Program-made: the position numbers and the translations under genes
DNA from: a virus
Length of the DNA stretch: 64,000 nucleotides
Direction: 5' to 3' (one strand)
IMG/VR virus record: IMGVR_UViG_3300027791_000009
Location: 55,870-119,869 of that record
The notes under the pieces: model-generated
Told to the model about the DNA's origin: nothing
Database searches by the model: none
The model's input: the letters and a program-made list of their open reading frames with translations, nothing else
Shown here: positions 31,201 to 40,528 of the stretch, piece after piece
How the letters are laid out: each line of letters starts with the position of its first letter
Numbering within the stretch: position 1 is the stretch's first letter

Positions 31201-31510
31201 AGGAAGAAATAATTACGGAATCGGTGCTCAAGGATATAGTAGTGATTATACCAGCAGACAATCAACTAATGGTATTGAAGAAACAGATGATTATTATTTC
31301 CAAATGCAAAGAATGCCTAATTACGCTCACGGAAGAGTTGAAGATGTAAGAGGACGAGGTTACTACTCTACAGACGGTAATAGATATCACTTTAGAGAAA
31401 TTAGAACTTTTGATAACAGATACCTAATTTGGGGTTACGGTGGAGACCATATACAAGGTCAAAATGACGGTAATTATAGCTCTATGCCACAACCCGCTGT
31501 TTTAGGATAG
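28292..31510 (+). CDS. RCC1/BLIP-II-repeat virion protein A
   Basis: Repeated G.L(W/Y).WGYNGYG.LG.G motifs; N-terminal Y.KDDVV repeat. Confidence 0.75.
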   Translation: MATTKTRIGNLFFNYQGDYSSTKAYIKDDVVLHNNSDYICVKNSSTTGVAPDTGTEAQQKRYARVTIATSATTGGNAYKWDGESTWPQTEVQYKIGDTLVLYQDGNDFDDNKIAFSNSATSKETNLFHTDVTYMLDGKSVGGGTASGNYFNSGTFNNATKREIRIEITAETPKEIYIFNFDNPSATWGPKMVVAENQVWKEIRQSFKWRGDHSEASIVYNPNDLVHINVPVDNDFSTNNQYSGDQIQNIRATYVCLREHTSGVAGTLPWDQDTDTDANKYWERISEEHQFDDETITDSGAVATIDTSSTSASPARQAGFYPFVNTTNITAAAENSGAGRTNGYNTPQVNITVEGYQSAKTVGNFSTAHYKRKPGIYRNLTPTSTSGAGSNATFDVEVDNNGAVISVAVTKKSLGGQMGGLGYAVNETITLADALIGAGGAPDFTFDVTAIGTWGALQIEIARDQKRGMQNAQWENNNEPELLGGENNAAADVLAVDAQVLYSSAAVQFSVVTTQKKARGYQNFFSGNRLEAMALCNENGPIGDDHPLYRLPGQFQQANCYNWPCFINGRGSITSWGSNSNGQNGLETGSVMTGVGMVFPFLDWYRSTDNGGSGIHTTPDGEPPKAIQLLSGYEVGMALFNNGEIYHWGYGGHGQNGDAADSNRGYPTRPGGTYQEIYQASNTSTHTLKDTRIKRIYITNWGGDNNTNTHSVYALDTNGELWAWGYNGYGQLGQNNTTNLNRPTKINKTTYFNGNKIDAFWTAGAGYAFCFALDVTGKLYTWGYNGYGVLGQGNTTNLSVPTQIPTIVWDNGAANPGKIKKLLVDSQQSYQRCAILTEKGKIYWCGRNEYGWAMMGNTTDVSTFTIMSNGPGSGTYSDCQNMWFTGNGRYASFWTKDSTDSIKCCGYNGNYELGIGNSTNQTAAISPKWQINGTTTSDLHNIKDIGCNSEYGNQWMCNVWVLTYDGFMFNVGRNNYGIGAQGYSSDYTSRQSTNGIEETDDYYFQMQRMPNYAHGRVEDVRGRGYYSTDGNRYHFREIRTFDNRYLIWGYGGDHIQGQNDGNYSSMPQPAVLG

Positions 31511-31518
31511 TATAAATA
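31511..31518 (+). promoter_or_regulatory. T4-type late promoter
   Basis: TATAAATA immediately after the stop codon. Confidence 0.8.
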
Positions 31519-31547
31519 TAAAGAACAATTAAGATAGGAAAATAAAA

Positions 31548-34500
31548 ATGGCAAAAATTAATCTCGGAAGAATTAAATTACAATTCCAAGGAGAGTTCAA
31601 TAAGGACCAACAATACAGACGAGACGATATTGTTTATCATAATAACGCAATGTGGATTATGAAACAAGAATACTTTGCTGATGGTTCTTCTGCGTATGCT
31701 CCTGGTACTAAAATCTTTGGATATAATCCAAAAGATATCACTGGCGACTTCTGGTCAAACGACCCGAACTTCAATGGTGAAGATAGCACCTTCAAGCACA
31801 ACCAATACTGGACTGAAAACGAAAGAAGAGGCGAAACAAGTAGAACTGACCAAGACGGTAATCCTATCACAAAAAACTCTACTTACGGCTCTAACGAAGA
31901 CGGTGCAAGAGAAATTAGACACGATTATATTGATTCATCATTAGGAACGGTTGTACGCCATCAACAAAACTTAATGGGTGAGTATGACGCTATGTTTCAA
32001 CAAACAGAAGACGATTACGACCAATTAGATACATATAATCATTACGAACAAAATTACTTTAGATATCATTATACACCTGCACACAATACATTTGTTGTAG
32101 AGGTTAATGTATCAGGTGGTGTTCCAGATTTTAAAATTGATAACAGACTTGGTAACGATACTAAAGGTAGACAATTTGAAGGATATAGAAACTGGGAAAA
32201 CTTCAAAGAAGGACACACATACAGATTTTCACAAGACAAACCTAATAACAAATATTATCCATTAGGTTTCTCTTACACTTCTGACGGAATACACAACGCC
32301 GGCGATACTGGTAAGTCATTAGGACAAGATCCTGATGGACCTTACTATGTTAAAGGTACTGCTTCAAATGGTGATAGTGGATTCTTTTCACCTATGTATA
32401 AAAATGAAGCGACTGCGATTGCTGAAGATACAAGAAGAGGTGGTGCTGGTGTTGCTCATAAACTTTCTTTCAACGAAGGTGATGTACCTGGTTGGGAAAC
32501 AGAAGCAAGTTCCTCATTAAAAGGACATTTACATTCAGACGGAACTCAATTAAAAGATACGGTTGTATCTGTATTGACAGACGCTAGTAATAACACATAC
32601 TTACAAGTATCAAATGCTTGGGCAGGACAAACATCAGGTGGTGTTTCTGCACACGCAAGAAAAACAATTTATCTTAACACAGGTGACTCAACTGAATATC
32701 ATTCAATCACTGGAAGTACACACTCATATGTGTATGTTCAAGGTGCATTAAAAGTTGGTTCTAATGTTTCTGCTGTAATCACTCAACAAAGAGACGATAC
32801 AACAACTGCAAACGATAGTGCCGGAAGAAAAATATTATTAGTAAATGGTCATCCTGTTTATCAACTAGTTGGTGAAGCTTCTTCTTCAACGGTTGGTGGT
32901 ATCTCTGGTGCTTATCAAGCACTTACAAATGCCGGTACAGGAACAACTACTACTCTAGGTGCAAGTGCTGCTTCAAACGAAGGTTTAGTAGACTTGTATA
33001 TGCCGAAACTTACAGACCCAACAGCAAATGTTGAAAGAACAATGCAAGTTTCAGTTGCTAATCCTGGTTCAGGAAACAAATTCTACATTGATGGTAGTTT
33101 ACCAACTGCAACTTCAATTATGTTAGAAGAAGGAAAAACTTATAAGTTTGACCAATCTGATAGTACAAATGCTACGCATTTATTAAAACTATCAACTACT
33201 TCTGACGGAACACACGGTGGCGGTGCTGAATATACTGCTGGTGTTAAAATAGTAGGTACTCCTGGAAACAGAGGTGCATACACAGAAATTAAATTAAGAA
33301 CTGGAGTAGCAAAACTTTACTTATATTGTAATGCTCATTCTGGTATGGGTCAAGCTGCTGAAACATTTGATGTTTCAACAAATCTTGGAAAAACATACGC
33401 TCCTGGTAACATTAAAAAGTGGCAAGGTTACAACAAAAACGGTGTTGTTAAGTATTACTTAAACGGCACACAAGTTGACGAAAACACTTACATTGAAACA
33501 TTTTTCAATGATAATGTAGTAAAAGATAGAAACTATCCTAAGACTATGCCTAATAATAAAGTTAAAGGTGGAAACAAATATACTTTTGAACATATGGCAG
33601 GAAGATATGTTGAGATAACTATTCCTTATCAAGCAACACAATCAGACGCTGAAAGTACAAAAATATATCCATTCTGTTTAGAACCTACAACGGCTGCTAG
33701 ACAAACTTCTGGAATGTATAACACATTCGGTTGGGACATTGAGAAGTCTTGGAGAGGTCATAGACATTGGGATAAAGTACAATCTTCTATGAGATTTAGA
33801 GGAGAGTTTAGTCCTAATACACAATACAACTACAATGATATTATTTCATACAAACCTTATAAAAGACTTTCTACTGGAGAGAAATTTTATAAACACGGTA
33901 CTGGTTTATACAGATGTTTAAGAGACAATAGAGGAAGACCACCTCAACACGGATTCCAAGAACCTACAAGGTCTCCATTGATGACTGCTTCAACGGTTAC
34001 TTCTGGAAGATTAACTGGAAGAAGTGAACACGAACAAAACAATGAGACAGGTAAGAATTATCCTGCACATATTCAATCGTATCACAACTGCTGGGAATCT
34101 TGGGCTGGAATGAACAACCAAGAACAAGGTGCTGGTGTTTGGTTCCCGAACAAAGGACCAATGGCATGGCCATACAAACACGGTTCTTCAACTGGTGCAA
34201 ACATCTACAGATGTCATATGTACATTGATAAGAATGGTGCTGTATGGGTTATCGGAAACGGTACTTCATCACACAATATGGAACAAGGTCGTTCTTCTTC
34301 ATACTTTAGAGAAGTAACCTTTAGATGGAGAGATTTCTACAATTCTGAAAACAGAAACGAAGGCGGTTACAACGAAAGAAGAAGTAGTAAGTGGACTCGT
34401 TATGACAGAATGAGAACTCCTAGAGCTATTCAAATTGAAATGTCTTATGACGGAACAATGATTTTGTTTGACAATGGACAAATCTTCCACGGAGGTTACG

Positions 34501-35651
34501 GTTCACATGGTCAACAAGGTACTGGTTATGACGGTGCTCCTGGTTCTGCAATGTCACCTGACGGATTAGAAGATGTACACTTTATCAAAATCGCAATGAA
34601 AACTAATAACGAAGATTCAATTCATACTCCTTGCGGATTAACAGATGATGGAGATGTATATGTTTGGGGTTACAATGGTTATGGTGAAGTCGGAGACGGT
34701 AGAACACAAAACGCATATGGTCCTAAGAGAATACCAAGAGAATTCTTTAATGACGAAAAAATTATTGATATTTTAGCAACCGGTGGAGATAGTACTTCAT
34801 TCTATGCTAGAACATCACAAGACAACATTTACGCTTGGGGAAGAAACAACATCGGCCAATTAGGAGATACAACAACAACTGACAAATACAGACCAGTATT
34901 AATGACTGGATTTGTTGCTTCAGACAATGGTGGTATCGCTGTATGGCAAGGTAATGCTCACTCATCAAACTCAAATTTCTCAATACTAGACGGAAACGGA
35001 TTTATATGGGCAACAGGTTACAACGGTTATGGTAACTTTGTTGACAATACAACAGCTAACAAAGCTACATTAACTAAATCAACTGCTGCTCCTAATGGAG
35101 ACATTGCAGACTTCTGGACATTATTCTGGAATGGATATCATACAACATTTATGAGATTGAAAAATGGTGAAACTTGGACTGCTGGACATAGTGGTGGATA
35201 CTACAACTCTGGTGATGGTGGAACTGGAACAAACCAGGCACCTGTACAAGTAGATAAGATAACTAATCTAAAAGAAGTTTGTATATGTAATACATATTCA
35301 GACCAAGGTAGAAGTTATTGGTTAACAGATAATGGTGAATTCTTTAGTCAAGGCCGTGATGTATACGGTTCTATGCCAAATAGTGTTGCCGGAGATAACT
35401 GGACTGGTGAAGATGGAACATACAAACCTTTCCACGCTTTTGTACCTGCAGGAACTAGAATTAGAACTATGTGTATTCAAGGTATTGACCAATCAACAAG
35501 CTACTACGGACTTCAACCAATGGTTGGAACAGAAGATGGCCAAGTTTTACTTTGGGGCTATTCTTCAAACAATAACCTAGGACACCACGCTAGTGCAACT
35601 TACTCAAATACGGGTCGTTCACAAATGTGGAATGCTGGTATAGGTAGATAA
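31548..35651 (+). CDS. RCC1-repeat virion protein B with cupredoxin-like domain
   Basis: GDVYVWGYNGYGEVG, IYAWGRNNIGQLG; internal LYLYCNAHSGMG. Confidence 0.75.
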   Translation: MAKINLGRIKLQFQGEFNKDQQYRRDDIVYHNNAMWIMKQEYFADGSSAYAPGTKIFGYNPKDITGDFWSNDPNFNGEDSTFKHNQYWTENERRGETSRTDQDGNPITKNSTYGSNEDGAREIRHDYIDSSLGTVVRHQQNLMGEYDAMFQQTEDDYDQLDTYNHYEQNYFRYHYTPAHNTFVVEVNVSGGVPDFKIDNRLGNDTKGRQFEGYRNWENFKEGHTYRFSQDKPNNKYYPLGFSYTSDGIHNAGDTGKSLGQDPDGPYYVKGTASNGDSGFFSPMYKNEATAIAEDTRRGGAGVAHKLSFNEGDVPGWETEASSSLKGHLHSDGTQLKDTVVSVLTDASNNTYLQVSNAWAGQTSGGVSAHARKTIYLNTGDSTEYHSITGSTHSYVYVQGALKVGSNVSAVITQQRDDTTTANDSAGRKILLVNGHPVYQLVGEASSSTVGGISGAYQALTNAGTGTTTTLGASAASNEGLVDLYMPKLTDPTANVERTMQVSVANPGSGNKFYIDGSLPTATSIMLEEGKTYKFDQSDSTNATHLLKLSTTSDGTHGGGAEYTAGVKIVGTPGNRGAYTEIKLRTGVAKLYLYCNAHSGMGQAAETFDVSTNLGKTYAPGNIKKWQGYNKNGVVKYYLNGTQVDENTYIETFFNDNVVKDRNYPKTMPNNKVKGGNKYTFEHMAGRYVEITIPYQATQSDAESTKIYPFCLEPTTAARQTSGMYNTFGWDIEKSWRGHRHWDKVQSSMRFRGEFSPNTQYNYNDIISYKPYKRLSTGEKFYKHGTGLYRCLRDNRGRPPQHGFQEPTRSPLMTASTVTSGRLTGRSEHEQNNETGKNYPAHIQSYHNCWESWAGMNNQEQGAGVWFPNKGPMAWPYKHGSSTGANIYRCHMYIDKNGAVWVIGNGTSSHNMEQGRSSSYFREVTFRWRDFYNSENRNEGGYNERRSSKWTRYDRMRTPRAIQIEMSYDGTMILFDNGQIFHGGYGSHGQQGTGYDGAPGSAMSPDGLEDVHFIKIAMKTNNEDSIHTPCGLTDDGDVYVWGYNGYGEVGDGRTQNAYGPKRIPREFFNDEKIIDILATGGDSTSFYARTSQDNIYAWGRNNIGQLGDTTTTDKYRPVLMTGFVASDNGGIAVWQGNAHSSNSNFSILDGNGFIWATGYNGYGNFVDNTTANKATLTKSTAAPNGDIADFWTLFWNGYHTTFMRLKNGETWTAGHSGGYYNSGDGGTGTNQAPVQVDKITNLKEVCICNTYSDQGRSYWLTDNGEFFSQGRDVYGSMPNSVAGDNWTGEDGTYKPFHAFVPAGTRIRTMCIQGIDQSTSYYGLQPMVGTEDGQVLLWGYSSNNNLGHHASATYSNTGRSQMWNAGIGR

Positions 35652-35696
35652 CATAAATAGAAGTATAACAAATAAAGAAAACGGAGAAAAAACAAA

Positions 35697-36086
35697 ATGG
35701 CAAAAGTAATTTATTCAATGACTGCTGGAATCGGTCAAGGTGACAACTATACTGCTCCTACAGGAGATACGCCAATCAGTTTAGGAGAATTAAGTGGAAA
35801 AACTTATTTTTCAATTGATGATGGTAATACTACTATCACAACTGATGGCGAAAATCTTTCTGTATACGGTGTAGCGATTGTAACCGACGCTGACGAAAAG
35901 GCAAGTATTCAAGCTGCTTCAGCTCATGTTGAGCAAGGCTTGTCTAACTTAGATAACGAATTTATGAATGGTAAATCAATGATTGACCTATTAGCAGATG
36001 TAGCTGATGACACTTCAGCAACAAAAACTGCAATAGCAACTCACAAAGCGGCTAAGGCTTCATTTTTATCAAACTTAGGATTCTAA
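35697..36086 (+). CDS. Hypothetical protein between RCC1 genes
   Basis: GGAG RBS; 129 aa. Confidence 0.65.
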   Translation: MAKVIYSMTAGIGQGDNYTAPTGDTPISLGELSGKTYFSIDDGNTTITTDGENLSVYGVAIVTDADEKASIQAASAHVEQGLSNLDNEFMNGKSMIDLLADVADDTSATKTAIATHKAAKASFLSNLGF

Positions 36087-36119
36087 AGACAGATTAATTA
36101 AAAAGAAGGTAATAGCAAT

Positions 36120-38315
36120 ATGGCACTAGATATACAAAACTTTAAAGTATCCTGGAAAGGAAACTGGAAAGATAAAGAGAAGTATTACAAGAATGATATA
36201 GTTTACTGGAGAGGTAAATCATACAGATGTACAGAAGAGACACCTGATAGTTTTACAATTTCAAGTGAAGCTATGATTAATACTAACTCTTACGGCCAGT
36301 ACAGCCCTACGGTTGTTAGACGGTCATACAGACCTGACAACAATAGATATTGGGCATTATTGCTAGCAGGTAACGACAACATTGAAACTTGGCAGTATTG
36401 GAGACAATACGAAAGAGGAGAAATGTGTAAAGTAGCTGACAAGATTTATCTTTGTTTAAGAAAAACAAGATATTGTAATACTTGGGTAGAAGAACACGAT
36501 GGTAATCCATCAAAATATTGGGTACTTGTTTATGTTAACGAAAACAAGTGGAGTACAAGAAACGAAGTAGTTTCATTTAACAACCGAGCTCCGTTAGGTT
36601 GGAAATATAATATGGGTGTTGACACTTCTGATAGTGCTGACCAAACATATAGAAGTTGTACACTATGCTCAGATGGTTCTGATATGTGGGTAGGTTCTTC
36701 TGAAGGAACTTCTTCATCTGGATTAGGTGACGGTGTTGCTGGAAATGACGAACCTGGAAAACACTTTTCTACAGGATTTACATTTACTGATTGGATGGCT
36801 TCTACAGACAACCAATCTTGGAATATTAATGCTACAGGTAGAATGACTACACCTGATGGAAAAGCACCAAGAGTAATACAAGTTAGAAAAAATCAAAATA
36901 GAACTTTCTGGTTAATGAACAATGGTGAAGTTTACGCTGCTGGTGAAAATGGAAACTACGGTTTAGGAAATTCAGAAACTACAGATAGAAATTATAGTGT
37001 AAGGGTTACTGCTAATGATACAACAGATTGGCAAGGTAACACTATAGGCAAAACATTCAATCAAACTAAAATGGTTAAAGTCGGTATGTCCGACGCCGGA
37101 CATGACGCAGGAACATCATCTTGTTTCTCACTAGGTGATGACGGTTCAGTATGGGTTTGGGGTTACAATAACAACGGTCAATTAGGACTAGGTAATCCAA
37201 CAATAAACAATTCAGCAGACACATCTGGTGGACCAACAAATACTGCTTTCTATAGTGCCAATGTGACCAGACCAGTTAGATTACCTCAATCATACTTTGA
37301 CGGAAGACAAATCATTGATATGTGGACTTCAGGTTCAGAAGAGGCATGGTTTCACGCATTAGACGAACAAGGTCAACTATGGGCTTGGGGACATAACCAA
37401 CACGGTGAATTAGGAGTAGGAAACAGAAATGGCTCTTACTACTATACACACCCACAAAGAGTTGGTATCAACTGGAACAGATACGGTGGAATTAAAATGT
37501 ACAAGACAACTCACTCAAACGGTGGACACTCTTGTACTCACATATTAGACGGCGAAGGCTATATGTGGTTTACAGGTTACACAACCTCAGGCGCTTGGCC
37601 AATTGGTTCTCCTGGTTATACAGGAACACATCATATTGGTTCATTCAGAAGAGAAGGTCACCACTTAAATGGAGATATTGACTTCTTCTGGTGTGGTGGA
37701 GATGAGAACAAATGGTTATATATCAGACAGAAAACTACTGGTATGCTATGGGTACATGATGGTAACTATGGTACATACGGTGGTCGTGGACAATCAGTTG
37801 AAAGTAATGCCTACTGGTATGTTTCAGGTGGTCACCCAGGAAGTTTCATACATATGAAAGGTCCTAAATGGGCAGTTAATGTATGTGATGTAGGTATGAG
37901 TAGAGCTGATGGTACTTATATGTACTCTTTCCCAATGATACTTGATGACGAAGGTTTGATATGGGGCGGTGCTCCTTATGGAAATGACGAACAAGGTCTT
38001 GGTGGAGATAGTGGTTCTGATGACCAATGGGAAAATGGTGGTAGAAACGATACCGGTCAAGGTATGGAAGACAATGAAATGTTTAGAACAAGAAAGAAAA
38101 TCGTATTTCAACCTGCTGGTGGACATAGATGGACAGACTTATTCTATTCAGGAACTGGTTCTTCAAATTGTCCGAGAGCTATTAATCAACGAGGTCAAAT
38201 ATATTGGACTGGTTATGATGGCGGTGCTTCGGTAACTATGAACTATGATTACTATTCTGAAGGTGCTAATGGCAACCAGACTTCACACTTCTTCCATTTG
38301 GGTCCTAGAGACTAG
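36120..38315 (+). CDS. RCC1-repeat virion protein C
   Basis: GSVWVWGYNNNGQLGLG, GQLWAWGHNQHGELGVG. Confidence 0.75.
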   Translation: MALDIQNFKVSWKGNWKDKEKYYKNDIVYWRGKSYRCTEETPDSFTISSEAMINTNSYGQYSPTVVRRSYRPDNNRYWALLLAGNDNIETWQYWRQYERGEMCKVADKIYLCLRKTRYCNTWVEEHDGNPSKYWVLVYVNENKWSTRNEVVSFNNRAPLGWKYNMGVDTSDSADQTYRSCTLCSDGSDMWVGSSEGTSSSGLGDGVAGNDEPGKHFSTGFTFTDWMASTDNQSWNINATGRMTTPDGKAPRVIQVRKNQNRTFWLMNNGEVYAAGENGNYGLGNSETTDRNYSVRVTANDTTDWQGNTIGKTFNQTKMVKVGMSDAGHDAGTSSCFSLGDDGSVWVWGYNNNGQLGLGNPTINNSADTSGGPTNTAFYSANVTRPVRLPQSYFDGRQIIDMWTSGSEEAWFHALDEQGQLWAWGHNQHGELGVGNRNGSYYYTHPQRVGINWNRYGGIKMYKTTHSNGGHSCTHILDGEGYMWFTGYTTSGAWPIGSPGYTGTHHIGSFRREGHHLNGDIDFFWCGGDENKWLYIRQKTTGMLWVHDGNYGTYGGRGQSVESNAYWYVSGGHPGSFIHMKGPKWAVNVCDVGMSRADGTYMYSFPMILDDEGLIWGGAPYGNDEQGLGGDSGSDDQWENGGRNDTGQGMEDNEMFRTRKKIVFQPAGGHRWTDLFYSGTGSSNCPRAINQRGQIYWTGYDGGASVTMNYDYYSEGANGNQTSHFFHLGPRD

Positions 38316-38323
38316 TATAAATA
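38316..38323 (+). promoter_or_regulatory. T4-type late promoter upstream of the haem/bilin cassette
   Basis: TATAAATA immediately after the stop codon. Confidence 0.7.
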
Positions 38324-38333
38324 ATTATATATT

Positions 38334-38351
38334 AAGACCGTAAGGTCTTTT
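38334..38351 (+). terminator. Hairpin AAGACC-GTAA-GGTCTT (terminator or 5' stabilising hairpin)
   Basis: 6-bp stem with a GNRA loop, ending in a short T run. Confidence 0.5.
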
Positions 38352-38374
38352 ACATTAAACAATTGAGGTGAATA

Positions 38375-39190
38375 ATGAAGAGAATAGAAGAATTTGTTGA
38401 ACAGGCTCGTAAAAAGTTTGAATCACAACCGTTCGTTAACGACTATCTAAACAAGAAACTTAAATACAAAGAATCTGTTGGTACTTATTTGTACAATCAA
38501 TGGGTCTATGTATGTCAAATAGAAGGACATTGCAAAGACGCAGGTGTACTTGACGGTATTGAAGAAATTTGTATTAAAGAAAATCTACTAGAAGCGTGGA
38601 AAGCAGAATGGCCTTATGACGCTGATGATATATCAAAAACTTGGATAGAACCATCTGTAATGTATGCAACGCAAAATTGGTGTACTTCTATTATAGATGT
38701 TAAAGAAGATAAAGATTTATTACTCGCACACCTTTACGCCTCTCATAGTGAGATAATGACTAATCAAGGTACTTCAATTCTCAAAGATAGACTTACAGAA
38801 AAATTTACAGAAGCCTACAATCGTAGACCAGACGAAATACTTAATATTATAAAATTAAGTTGGGACTTTAAAATTGGTATGTCTGGCGATTTAGAAGCAC
38901 ACACCGAACATTTAGAAGAAGTCTTACCTAGAATTTCTTTATTCAAAGTTGCCGCCAAAGAAATAAGTGAAGACAGGTCAGGTTTAAATGATATGTCTGG
39001 TGGTGAAAGAGACGAAACAGAAGACCAAAAAATAAGAGCAGAATTAATGGCAAATTCAGTCTTTGTAGGTGAAATGAATTTAGATGAAGTGCCAGAAGAT
39101 TATCAAAGTTTTGTAAAAGAAGACTTACATCAACTTGAACAAAAGAAAAAAGAGACTGAAAAAACATTTGAAGAAGCTCCTAAAAGATGA
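38375..39190 (+). CDS. Divergent heme-oxygenase-like protein
   Basis: YLYNQ and LAHLYASH align with YLYNQ and AAHIYVRH of the next gene; lacks the proximal His and GDLSGG. Confidence 0.5.
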   Translation: MKRIEEFVEQARKKFESQPFVNDYLNKKLKYKESVGTYLYNQWVYVCQIEGHCKDAGVLDGIEEICIKENLLEAWKAEWPYDADDISKTWIEPSVMYATQNWCTSIIDVKEDKDLLLAHLYASHSEIMTNQGTSILKDRLTEKFTEAYNRRPDEILNIIKLSWDFKIGMSGDLEAHTEHLEEVLPRISLFKVAAKEISEDRSGLNDMSGGERDETEDQKIRAELMANSVFVGEMNLDEVPEDYQSFVKEDLHQLEQKKKETEKTFEEAPKR

Positions 39191-39843
39191 AGACATTAAA
39201 AGAATTAACTTGGGAACATCATAAAGAAGCAGAAAGACAACAATTTGTAAAAGTATTAATGTCTGGAAAGATATTAGAAGAAGTTTACGCTGTTTATCTT
39301 TACAATCAACATCAAGCATATAATATATTAGAAGCAGTCGCAATGTCGGAAGGTTTCTTTGATGATATGCCACAATTAAGAAGAGCGCCAGAAATCTTAA
39401 AAGATTTTAATGAACTATGGACTTGGGACCATAAACCTTGGTTATGTGAGAGTACTAAAAAGTACATAGACCATTGTCAAACATTAATGGATTCTCCAGA
39501 GAAAATAGCTGCACATATATATGTAAGACATATGGGTGATTTATCAGGTGGGCAGATGATTAGAAGAAAGACACCAGGTCGTAATTATTATTATGATTTC
39601 AATTTTAAAAAAGTTGATGACGGTGTACAGAAATATAAAAGTGTACAAGAATTAAAAGACGCATTAAGATTAAAAGTGGATAGTTATCAAAAGTATTCAG
39701 ACGCAAGTACACTTACAGAAAATGTAAATAATGTTGTATACGAAGCAAGAGTTTGTTTTAGTTTTGCAACGGAACTATTTAAAGAAATGATGACATTTAT
39801 TAATAACAATGAAAAGAGGTTTGGTGATGGAACGAAGAAGTAG
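39187..39843 (+). CDS. hemO: Heme oxygenase
   Basis: LKELTWEHHKEAE (proximal His), HIYVRHMGDLSGGQ, EA..CF. Confidence 0.9.
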   Translation: MKTLKELTWEHHKEAERQQFVKVLMSGKILEEVYAVYLYNQHQAYNILEAVAMSEGFFDDMPQLRRAPEILKDFNELWTWDHKPWLCESTKKYIDHCQTLMDSPEKIAAHIYVRHMGDLSGGQMIRRKTPGRNYYYDFNFKKVDDGVQKYKSVQELKDALRLKVDSYQKYSDASTLTENVNNVVYEARVCFSFATELFKEMMTFINNNEKRFGDGTKK

Positions 39844-40528
39844 AATATGGGAAATGCTTGAGCAACACACTCAAAGTATTATCGCAAATTTTGAAAGAGA
39901 AGGTGAAGAGATATTTGAACCTGCAATGAAAAAGTTTAATAGACCTGAAGAAGGTTGGGTTAATAGAGTATGGAAAACACCTGAAGCAAGAAGATGTCAT
40001 TTAGATGTAGTTGACGCTAGAGACGAAAAAGGTTTGTTTATGTTTCATTGCTGTGTGTTTCCTAATCTAACAAGTGAAGCACCTATATTTGGATTAGATG
40101 TAATCGCAGGTGCAAAAAAGGTTACAGGTTTCTTCCACGACTTTTCTCCTCTTGCAAAGAGAGACCATTCAATGGTAGATTGGTTTGTAAAAGAAGCAAG
40201 TAATTATACACCATCAAAAGCAAGACCATTACCTGATTGGGCTATGAAAATCTTTAGTCCAGGTATGATTGCGGCTGGTAATATTAATACTGAAAAAGAA
40301 TTAACACAAGCGTTAAGTATGGCACAAGCAAATTTACAAGTATACTTTACACTACTAAGAAGAAACAACGAAGTAGGAGACTTACAGGAAATCAAAGACG
40401 CACAAAACAGATACGCAAAACATCAAAGAGAGAATCCACATACTCCTAGAGTTATGTTAAGTTTAGGTTTACCTGAAGATGATGTAAAAGAATTTTGTAC
40501 AGACGCTTTATTTCCTTATGTGGAATAA
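39827..40528 (+). CDS. Ferredoxin-dependent bilin reductase (PcyA/PcyX family)
   Basis: RRCHLDVVD, MFHCCVFP, PIFGLDVIAG, FHDFSP, LPDWA.IFS, QNRY...QRENPHT; start set at ATG 39827 after a GAGG RBS. Confidence 0.85.
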   Translation: MERRSRIWEMLEQHTQSIIANFEREGEEIFEPAMKKFNRPEEGWVNRVWKTPEARRCHLDVVDARDEKGLFMFHCCVFPNLTSEAPIFGLDVIAGAKKVTGFFHDFSPLAKRDHSMVDWFVKEASNYTPSKARPLPDWAMKIFSPGMIAAGNINTEKELTQALSMAQANLQVYFTLLRRNNEVGDLQEIKDAQNRYAKHQRENPHTPRVMLSLGLPEDDVKEFCTDALFPYVE

